The notes below the pieces were generated by a model, which saw only the letters and a list, made by a program, of their open reading frames with translations, did not search any database and was not told the origin of the DNA. From contig NZ_JAUYTR010000019.1 in the NCBI RefSeq assembly GCF_030695065.1, positions 11,478 to 75,477 on the forward strand: a stretch of DNA of 64,000 nt, read 5' to 3'. Made by a program: the position numbers and the translations under genes. Origin of the DNA: Sediminibacterium sp. GTDB lineage: Bacteria > Bacteroidota > Bacteroidia > Chitinophagales > Chitinophagaceae. Within the stretch, counting starts at the first letter, position 1. Every line of letters starts with the position of its first letter. This document shows positions 9,641 to 17,148 of this stretch, piece after piece.

Positions 9641-11056
9641 ATGGAAATTATACATGTTAGTGCTGAGTGTTATCCTGTAGCCAAAGCAGGGGGATTGGGG
9701 GATGTTGTTGGTGCATTACCCAAGTACCAATGCAAGTCGGGGGATATTGCCAAAGTAATCATGCCCATGTATAGAACCAAGTTTTTGTACGAAAATGATT
9801 GGACAGTAGATTTTAAAGGGAGTGCCAACTTAGGCAATTGGTATTTTGATTTTACTGTTATTAAGGAACCAACTAATAAATTAGGTTTCGACCTTTTCTT
9901 AATTGATATTAATGGCTTATTAGATCGCCAAAAAATTTATGGGTACGACGATGATGCGGAGCGCTTTACTGCATTTCAAATTGCAGTAGTTAGTTGGATC
10001 AGTAGTTGGGAGCATCAACCAGATGTAGTGCATTGCCACGATCACCATACTGCATTGATTCCATTTATGATGAAGTATTGTTATGATTTTCAACACTTGT
10101 CTACTGTGTCAACCGTAGTGACCATCCACAACGGACAATACCAGGGTTGGATGGGTTGGGATAAGAGTCTCTATATACCAAGGTGGGATCTGTGGAAGCG
10201 CGGAATGCTCGACTGGGCGGGCAGCATTAATCCGCTTGCATCTGGTGTAAAATGCGCCGACAAAGTAACCACGGTTAGTTGGAGTTATATGGATGAGTTG
10301 AGAGAAAATGCCAACGGCTTAGAAGCATTGTTTGAATTTGAGAAGGGGAAATCTGTAGGTATTTTAAATGGCATAGACAATGAGGTATGGAACCCATCTA
10401 CCGATACTTATATTGAGAATCGATTCACCGTAAAAACAGTTACCAAGGGCAAAGAGCAAAACAAACAAATACTCTGCAATCAATTTGGGTTAGATATTAC
10501 CAAACCCTTATTTGTTTTTATTGGAAGATTGGTGGGCGAAAAAGCCGCAGATATTTTACCCGGTGCCATTAGAACTGCCATTCATCAAACTCAAGGGGAT
10601 GCTTGTTTTTTAATTTTAGGCAGCGGTGAAACCAGTATTGAATGGGAACTGCAACAAATGACCAATGAGTACAAAGGCATTTACAATGCCTATATTGGCT
10701 ACAACGAACAATTGAGCCATTTAATTTATGCAGGGGCCGATTTTTTGTTGATGCCGAGTAGGGTAGAACCCTGTGGTCTAAATCAAATGTATGCCATGCG
10801 ATATGGCACAGTGCCAGTTGTTAGGAGTACCGGCGGTTTAAAAGATACGGTTACTGATATGGGCGATACAGATGGGTTTGGTATTCGATTTAACAACGCC
10901 ACCATTGACGATTTGGCTTATTCTATTGGTAGGGGAGTTGCTGTTTACCAAGACAAAAAACATATGGAGTGGATGCGTAAGCATATGATGCAGATAGACC
11001 ATAGTTGGGAGAGTACCGTGTTTGAGTATAGACAAGTTTATCAAAGTTTAAAATAA
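9641..11056 (+). CDS. glgA: Glycogen synthase (GT5)
   Basis: KAGGLGDV ADP-glucose motif, HCHDHH, GILNGID, MPSRVEPCGLNQMYAM. Confidence 0.95.
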   Translation: MEIIHVSAECYPVAKAGGLGDVVGALPKYQCKSGDIAKVIMPMYRTKFLYENDWTVDFKGSANLGNWYFDFTVIKEPTNKLGFDLFLIDINGLLDRQKIYGYDDDAERFTAFQIAVVSWISSWEHQPDVVHCHDHHTALIPFMMKYCYDFQHLSTVSTVVTIHNGQYQGWMGWDKSLYIPRWDLWKRGMLDWAGSINPLASGVKCADKVTTVSWSYMDELRENANGLEALFEFEKGKSVGILNGIDNEVWNPSTDTYIENRFTVKTVTKGKEQNKQILCNQFGLDITKPLFVFIGRLVGEKAADILPGAIRTAIHQTQGDACFLILGSGETSIEWELQQMTNEYKGIYNAYIGYNEQLSHLIYAGADFLLMPSRVEPCGLNQMYAMRYGTVPVVRSTGGLKDTVTDMGDTDGFGIRFNNATIDDLAYSIGRGVAVYQDKKHMEWMRKHMMQIDHSWESTVFEYRQVYQSLK

Positions 11057-11099
11057 ATAAGTTAATTTCAAATCAATATCAACATAAGCAATCAGCAAT

Positions 11100-12383
11100 A
11101 TGAAAACATTTTCGCAATCCGTTTTGGCAGTAATATTAGGAGGTGGAGCAGGTACGCGACTTTTTCCACTAACCGCAAGCAGATCAAAGCCAGCTGTACC
11201 TATTGCTGGTAAATACCGTTTGGTAGATATTCCCATTAGTAACTGTATCAACAGTGGTATCAACCGCATGTTTGTTTTAACACAGTTTAATTCTGCTTCT
11301 TTAAATAAGCATATAAAAAACACCTACCACTTTAGTGCGTTCAGTACTGGCTTTGTAGATATTTTGGCGGCAGAGCAAACACCCGATAACCCAGGATGGT
11401 TTCAAGGAACAGCAGATGCGGTAAGACAATCACTTAGGCATATTTCCAATTTAGAATATGATTATATTTTAATTTTAAGTGGCGACCAATTGTACCAAAT
11501 GGACTTTGGTGACATGCTCAAGAATCATATCAAGAGTAATACCGATATTTCTATAGCAACTATTCCTGTGGATGATAGAGATGCACCTGAGTTTGGTATT
11601 TTAAAAACAAATGAAGAGAACGTGATTACTTCATTTATAGAAAAGCCTAAAAAAGATGTTTTACCAGAATGGGTAAGTGATACTGGAGCAGAAATGCAAG
11701 GGCAGGGTAGAAATTATTTGGCTTCCATGGGTATTTATATTTTCAATAAAAAAATCCTAGATAAATTATTGAATGAAGCCCATCCAAATGCAACCGACTT
11801 TGGTAAAGAAATTCTTCCAGATTCTATAGAGAACTACAAAGTATCTAGCTTCCAGTACGACGGTTATTGGACCGATATTGGTAATATCTATTCTTTCTAT
11901 GAAGCCAACCTTGCATTAACACAAGAAGTACCTCTTTTTAATTTATTTGATAATAATAAAACCGTTTACAGTAGAGCAAGAATGTTGCCCCCCGCTAAAA
12001 TTAGCGGCACTACTTTAGAGAAAACCATTATTGCAGAAGGCTCTATTATTCATGCAAGTAGAATAGAGCAAAGTGTAGTAGGTATTCGTTCTAGAATTGG
12101 TCATGGTACCACCGTAGTTAGCACTTATATCATGGGTAACGACTATTATGAAACCCTTGAAGAAATGGAATCAAATACCAGCAAAGGACTTCCTAAAATT
12201 GGAATAGGAGAGCGCTGTTATATTAAAGATGCCATCATCGATAAAAACTGTAGAATAGGCAACGATGTAAGAATTAATGGCGGCAGTCATTTGGCCAATA
12301 CCGATCATCCACTCTATACTGTTAAAGATGGTATTGTAGTGGTTAAAAAAACAGCGATACTGCCTGATGGGTTTGTGATTTAA
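11100..12383 (+). CDS. glgC: Glucose-1-phosphate adenylyltransferase
   Basis: GGGAGTRLFPLT, KPAVP, GTADAVR, SGDQLY, YWTDIG; C-terminal beta-helix. Confidence 0.97.
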   Translation: MKTFSQSVLAVILGGGAGTRLFPLTASRSKPAVPIAGKYRLVDIPISNCINSGINRMFVLTQFNSASLNKHIKNTYHFSAFSTGFVDILAAEQTPDNPGWFQGTADAVRQSLRHISNLEYDYILILSGDQLYQMDFGDMLKNHIKSNTDISIATIPVDDRDAPEFGILKTNEENVITSFIEKPKKDVLPEWVSDTGAEMQGQGRNYLASMGIYIFNKKILDKLLNEAHPNATDFGKEILPDSIENYKVSSFQYDGYWTDIGNIYSFYEANLALTQEVPLFNLFDNNKTVYSRARMLPPAKISGTTLEKTIIAEGSIIHASRIEQSVVGIRSRIGHGTTVVSTYIMGNDYYETLEEMESNTSKGLPKIGIGERCYIKDAIIDKNCRIGNDVRINGGSHLANTDHPLYTVKDGIVVVKKTAILPDGFVI

Positions 12384-12411
12384 ACATTTTATAGTCAATA
12401 AATATTTCTAT

Positions 12412-12438
12412 AACATCCTCCATATGAGGATGTTTTTT
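12412..12438 (+). terminator. Intrinsic terminator after glgC
   Basis: AACATCCTC-catat-GAGGATGTT perfect 9-bp stem followed by a T tract. Confidence 0.8.
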
Positions 12439-12452
12439 ATTGTATATTGAGA

Positions 12453-12469
12453 TGTGTATTCAATACACA
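12453..12469. promoter_or_regulatory. Perfect inverted repeat, candidate operator upstream of the maltose MFS gene
   Basis: TGTGTATT-C-AATACACA; ends 24 nt before the ATG at 12494. Confidence 0.4.
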
Positions 12470-12493
12470 ATCTAATACGATAAAACGATTGCT

Positions 12494-13819
12494 ATGTCTA
12501 CTACCCCTAAAGCGGTGTTGCCTAAACTGAGTTTCTGGCAAATCTGGAATATGTGTTTCGGATTCTTTGGAATTCAGTTTGGATGGAGTTTGCAAATGGG
12601 CAATATGAGTGCCATTTATGAGTACTTAGGTGCAACTCCCGAACAAATTCCAGGTCTTTGGTTAGCAGCGCCAATGACGGGTTTGATTGTTCAACCCATT
12701 ATAGGATACATGAGTGATAGAACTTGGCATCCAAAGTTGGGAAGAAGAAGACCTTACTTTTTAGTAGGAGCCATTTTAAGTTCTTTGGCTTTGTTTATTA
12801 TGCCGAACTCTTCTGCTATTTGGATGGCTGCAGGGGTTCTTTGGATTTTAGATTCTTCTATCAATATTAGTATGGAACCATTCCGTGCTTTTGTAGCCGA
12901 CAACTTAGATAAGAAGCAACAACCCATGGGCTTTGCCATGCAGAGTATGTTTATTGGCTTGGCTTCTTTTGTGGCGGGTTACTTGCCACAAAAATTGGTA
13001 CAGTGGTTTGGGGTGTCTAGGGAAAAAACAGCTGGTGGTATTCCAGAAAATATCATGTACTCTTTTTACATTGGGGGTGCAGTGTTTTTATTGGCTGTTT
13101 TGTACACCGTAATTAAGAGTAAAGAGTATCCACCTGTTGATCCAGATTGGAAAAATAAATTAGATGCCGAAGGCAAAGGCTTTATGGGTGGTGTAAAAGA
13201 AATTTTTAGTTCAGTTGCCAATATGCCCGATCAAATGAAGCGTTTGGCATTGGTGAATTTTTTAACTTGGCCAGGATTATTTTTGATGTGGTTTTATTAC
13301 AGCACTGGCGTTGCTTCAGACATATTTGGCGGTAATACCACTACTTCCAGTGATTTATATACACAAGGATTAGAATACGCCAATACCACTTCAGCCATTT
13401 TAAATTTAGTCACATTTGGTTTCTCTTTTACCCTTCCTTTTTGGGTAAATAAATTAGGGAAAAAATATACCCATACCATTTGTTTGTTATTGGGTGGTGC
13501 TGGATTGATTTCGGTGAACTATGTTACTGAACCTTCCTATTTATATTTATCAATGGGCTTGGTTGGTATTGCTTGGGCTTCTATTTTATCCATGCCTTAT
13601 TCTATGTTAGCGGGTTGTATTCCCCCACATAAAATGGGTATTTATATGGGCATTTTTAATTTCTTTATAGTACTTCCAGAAATTATTGCTTCCCTGTTTT
13701 TTGGAAATGTAATGGAAACAGTATTACACAATGATCGCTTATTAGCGGTGCAAGTAGGGGGTGGATTATTAATTGCTGCTGCAGTAGTATGTGCCATTGT
13801 AGTAAAAGAAAATGAATAA
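12494..13819 (+). CDS. MFS transporter, maltose/sucrose (MalT/SUT-like) family
   Basis: WNMCFGFFGIQFGW, QPIIGYMSDRTW, GRRRPY, NISMEPFRA, GIFNFFIVLPEI; adjacent to a GH13 gene. Confidence 0.88.
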   Translation: MSTTPKAVLPKLSFWQIWNMCFGFFGIQFGWSLQMGNMSAIYEYLGATPEQIPGLWLAAPMTGLIVQPIIGYMSDRTWHPKLGRRRPYFLVGAILSSLALFIMPNSSAIWMAAGVLWILDSSINISMEPFRAFVADNLDKKQQPMGFAMQSMFIGLASFVAGYLPQKLVQWFGVSREKTAGGIPENIMYSFYIGGAVFLLAVLYTVIKSKEYPPVDPDWKNKLDAEGKGFMGGVKEIFSSVANMPDQMKRLALVNFLTWPGLFLMWFYYSTGVASDIFGGNTTTSSDLYTQGLEYANTTSAILNLVTFGFSFTLPFWVNKLGKKYTHTICLLLGGAGLISVNYVTEPSYLYLSMGLVGIAWASILSMPYSMLAGCIPPHKMGIYMGIFNFFIVLPEIIASLFFGNVMETVLHNDRLLAVQVGGGLLIAAAVVCAIVVKENE

Positions 13820-13834
13820 ATACAAACTATTGAT

Positions 13835-15706
13835 ATGAATCGCTTAGTAAAAATGATTGGGTGCTTATTGTTGGCCTATAGCTTACAAGCTCAAAGTAAT
13901 ATTGAATTGTATCCCACCAATTGGTTCGTGGGAATGAAATGGAATAAAGTGCAGTTGATTGTTCGCAATACAACAACTGATTTCTCCAATGCAAAACTAA
14001 GTGTAAATTATGCTGGTGTTCAATTAATCAAAGTACATTCATTTGAAAATAAAAAATATGTTGCGCTTGATTTATTGATTAGTCCTACCGCTAAACCAGG
14101 TAAAGTCAAGATTCAAATAGCTGATTCAGATAGTGTAGCTTCAATTGCTTGGGAATTAAAACCACGAAGAATAGGAATGGGCAAAACCTATGCACAGGGG
14201 GTAAGTGCAAAAGATTTTATTTATTTATTAATGCCCGATCGATTTAGTAATGGTGACACTTCAAATGATCAACTAGTGGCGTATACCGATAAAGTGGTCA
14301 ATCGCAAAGATCCCATCAAAAGACATGGGGGCGATTTACAGGGTGTCACGAATAATTTAGACTATTTAAATAATCTAGGTGTTACCGCTATTTGGATGAC
14401 ACCAGTATTAGAAAATGATATGCCCTTGCAAAGTGAGCAAGCTGGAATGATGGCTGGCTATCATGGGTATTGGTTTACCAATCACTATGCAATTGACAAA
14501 AGATTAGGCGGCGAGAACGCCTATAAAAAATTGATTGATGCTGCTCATGCTAAAGGCATTAAAATTATTCAAGATGCTGTGTACAATCACGTAGGCAATG
14601 AACATTGGATGTATAAAGATGCACCTGCTAAAGATTGGATTAATCATTGGCCAACTTATACCAATACGAATCATAGAGATGAAGCCATTTTTGATGCAAT
14701 GGGAAATGCTGCAGATAAAAAAGTGATGTTAGATGGTTGGTTTGTTCCGCATTTGCCTGACATTAATCAGCGCAACCCTTATGTTGCTAACTTTTTAATT
14801 CAACATGCATTATGGACAGTAGAAGAATTTGGCATTGATGGTTGGAGAGTAGATACTTATAAATATTGCGATGAGCTATTTTTGAATAACGTAAATGCAG
14901 CTTTAGAAAAAGACTTTCCTACCATCAGTATTTTTGGAGAAGCGGTGGCCAATACCGTTGCCGGAAGCGCGTACTTTACCAGAAATAATATGCAAGTGGC
15001 ATTCAAGCACAATGCCCAAGGCACTACTGACTTCCCATTGAGTTACGCTATGATGGATGCCATTAATAAACCATTTGGGTGGACGGAGGGGGTCAATAAA
15101 TTGTATATGACACTCTCTCAAGATTTACTATATAAAGCCCCTGAAAAGAATTGCATCTTCTTAGACAATCATGATATGGAAAGATTTGTATCAATGATTG
15201 GATCAGATATGAATAAGTATAAAATGGGAATGAATTTATTGTTAACCCTTCGGGGAATTCCGCAATTGTATTATGGAACAGAATTGTGGATGAAAAATTT
15301 TAAAGACCCTAATGACGGGATGGTCCGTTTAGATTTTCCTGGCGGCTTTCCAAATGATGAAAAAGACAAGCGGTTAGCCAGCGGCCGTAATCAAACTGAA
15401 AACACCGCTTTTAATTATGTAAAAACCTTGGCTAATTTTAGAAAGAATAATACGGCATTGCAAACAGGTAAAATGATGCAGTGGCTACCCAATGATGGTC
15501 TTTATGTTTACTTTAGGTACGATCAAGGTTCAACAGTGATGGTGGTCTTGAATACAGCTAATAAAGAAAAAACCCTCTCATTGTCTAATTATGGAGAAAG
15601 AACAAAGGGATTTAACGCATATACTGATGTAATTACAGGTCAAAAAGGGGGTGTTACAATGCAACTTTCTGCAATGGAGTCTAGGGTAGTTTTATTAACC
15701 AAATAA
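13835..15706 (+). CDS. Secreted GH13 cyclomaltodextrinase/neopullulanase (SusA-like)
   Basis: Signal peptide; YLLMPDRFSNGD, GGDLQG, YHGYW, DAVYNH; catalytic GWRVDT / GE / DNHD all intact. Confidence 0.9.
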   Translation: MNRLVKMIGCLLLAYSLQAQSNIELYPTNWFVGMKWNKVQLIVRNTTTDFSNAKLSVNYAGVQLIKVHSFENKKYVALDLLISPTAKPGKVKIQIADSDSVASIAWELKPRRIGMGKTYAQGVSAKDFIYLLMPDRFSNGDTSNDQLVAYTDKVVNRKDPIKRHGGDLQGVTNNLDYLNNLGVTAIWMTPVLENDMPLQSEQAGMMAGYHGYWFTNHYAIDKRLGGENAYKKLIDAAHAKGIKIIQDAVYNHVGNEHWMYKDAPAKDWINHWPTYTNTNHRDEAIFDAMGNAADKKVMLDGWFVPHLPDINQRNPYVANFLIQHALWTVEEFGIDGWRVDTYKYCDELFLNNVNAALEKDFPTISIFGEAVANTVAGSAYFTRNNMQVAFKHNAQGTTDFPLSYAMMDAINKPFGWTEGVNKLYMTLSQDLLYKAPEKNCIFLDNHDMERFVSMIGSDMNKYKMGMNLLLTLRGIPQLYYGTELWMKNFKDPNDGMVRLDFPGGFPNDEKDKRLASGRNQTENTAFNYVKTLANFRKNNTALQTGKMMQWLPNDGLYVYFRYDQGSTVMVVLNTANKEKTLSLSNYGERTKGFNAYTDVITGQKGGVTMQLSAMESRVVLLTK

Positions 15707-15718
15707 GTTTAATATGTT

Positions 15719-15726
15719 TAACTTTG
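15719..15726 (+). promoter_or_regulatory. -7 promoter element (TAACTTTG) upstream of the Crp/Fnr gene
   Basis: TAnnTTTG match ending 19 nt before the ATG at 15746. Confidence 0.55.
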
Positions 15727-15745
15727 TTGAAAGACGTGAGAAGTA

Positions 15746-16459
15746 ATGAAGAATAATGGTCCTATTGAAACAAGTTGTATGCATTGTAATGTGAGGCTAA
15801 ACTCTGTTTTCAATGTATTGGATGAAGGCCAGGTAAAAGATTTGTGCATTCACAAGTCATGTGCGGTGTACAAGAAAGGGCAATATGTGTTTACAGAAAA
15901 TGGCTTACCTGCTGGTTTATTTTGCATCAATAGTGGAAAAATTAAATTAACTACTACAGGTTACGATGGGAAAGAACAAATATTAAGGCTCGTTAAATCG
16001 GGTGATATAGTTGGATATAGGGCACTTTTATCTAATGAGCGATACCATTGTTCTGCAGTTACTTTAGAAGACGCTTCTATTTGCATCATCGATAAAAAAT
16101 ATTTTTTTGATGCAATTGAGTCTTCACCAAAACTCATGTTTGAAGTTGTGAAGAAAATGAGCCAAGATTTAAAAGTGGCGGAAGACCATATTGTTTCTCT
16201 CTCTCAAAAGAATGTGCGGGAAAGAATGGCAGAAGCTTTATTGTTTTTAAAAGCAACTTATGGTTTTGAAGAAGATAACCAAACCATTAATGTTAGTCTA
16301 AGCAGAGAAGAAATAGCAGATTATGTAGGAACTTCTACAGAAAGCTGCATCCGTTTATTGTCTGAGTTCAATAACGATAAATTGATATCTTTAAAAGGGA
16401 AAAAAATCAGCATCCTTAATCTACAGAAACTGATTCAAACAGCCAATATTGAGGATTAG
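15746..16459 (+). CDS. Crp/Fnr-family regulator with N-terminal Cys cluster (FNR-like)
   Basis: N-terminal CxxC...C...C; cNMP-binding-like domain (GKIKL, GDIVGYRALL); C-terminal HTH SREEIADYVGTSTESCIRLLS. Confidence 0.9.
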   Translation: MKNNGPIETSCMHCNVRLNSVFNVLDEGQVKDLCIHKSCAVYKKGQYVFTENGLPAGLFCINSGKIKLTTTGYDGKEQILRLVKSGDIVGYRALLSNERYHCSAVTLEDASICIIDKKYFFDAIESSPKLMFEVVKKMSQDLKVAEDHIVSLSQKNVRERMAEALLFLKATYGFEEDNQTINVSLSREEIADYVGTSTESCIRLLSEFNNDKLISLKGKKISILNLQKLIQTANIED

Positions 16460-16466
16460 AAATATT

Positions 16467-16484
16467 ATATGATTTATATCATAT
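16467..16484. promoter_or_regulatory. FNR/Crp-type palindrome upstream of the cbb3 cluster
   Basis: ATATGAT-ttat-ATCATAT, 7-bp arms with a TGAT-N4-ATCA core; a weaker TTGAT-N4-ATACA lies at 16515-16528. Confidence 0.65.
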
Positions 16485-16552
16485 AATGCCACAGCAAAAC
16501 TCATTCATTCTCGGTTGATCTAAATACATCTTTGTAAGGTAAAAAGCTACAA

Positions 16553-17095
16553 ATGTGTAAACACGCAGATCAAACAGAAGAATTCATTCATCACCTTTTA
16601 GAGAATGTATATCCCTGCCTAGAGTTAAAGCTGCAGAATTCCATCCATTGCGTTTATTTAAAGGAATACGAAGAGGAGCAAACAAGCTATTTAGTAGAAT
16701 TGATGCACCACCTTCAAAACGAATTTACTTCTTTGGTTACTTGCGAACAGAAGCTGGTATTCCCATCGGTAATGAAAGTATTTAATGCAAAAGCTGCTAA
16801 AGAAGTTCAAATTCCTAATTTATTCGATTTAATGCAGCTCACAAGAAGTAAAGAGCATAAAATAATGACCCATGTGCATAATTTAGTAAGCGTATTAGAA
16901 ACCAATACATTTAAGAACGGTGCTATTAAACAGCACGATTTAGCCCACTCATTCATCACCAATTTTGTAAATGAGAAATATAGATGGAATAAAATGATTG
17001 AAGATCGATTGAATTCCTGCAGTTGTTTCAGGTCAAATCTTTATAAAGGATTAGGATTGGATCCAAAATCTGCTAGACAAGAAAAACATATTTAG
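16553..17095 (+). CDS. Hypothetical His/Cys-rich protein resembling a degenerate hemerythrin (RIC/YtfE-like) domain
   Basis: Helical pattern FIHHLLENVY..., LQNEFTSLVTCEQKLVFP (cf. HxxxEExxLFP) and SKEH; similarity judged by eye. Confidence 0.5.
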   Translation: MCKHADQTEEFIHHLLENVYPCLELKLQNSIHCVYLKEYEEEQTSYLVELMHHLQNEFTSLVTCEQKLVFPSVMKVFNAKAAKEVQIPNLFDLMQLTRSKEHKIMTHVHNLVSVLETNTFKNGAIKQHDLAHSFITNFVNEKYRWNKMIEDRLNSCSCFRSNLYKGLGLDPKSARQEKHI

Positions 17096-17148
17096 CTTTT
17101 TTTGAAATTTGTTCAAATTGAACTAACTTTTAACAACTATTTAAGACT

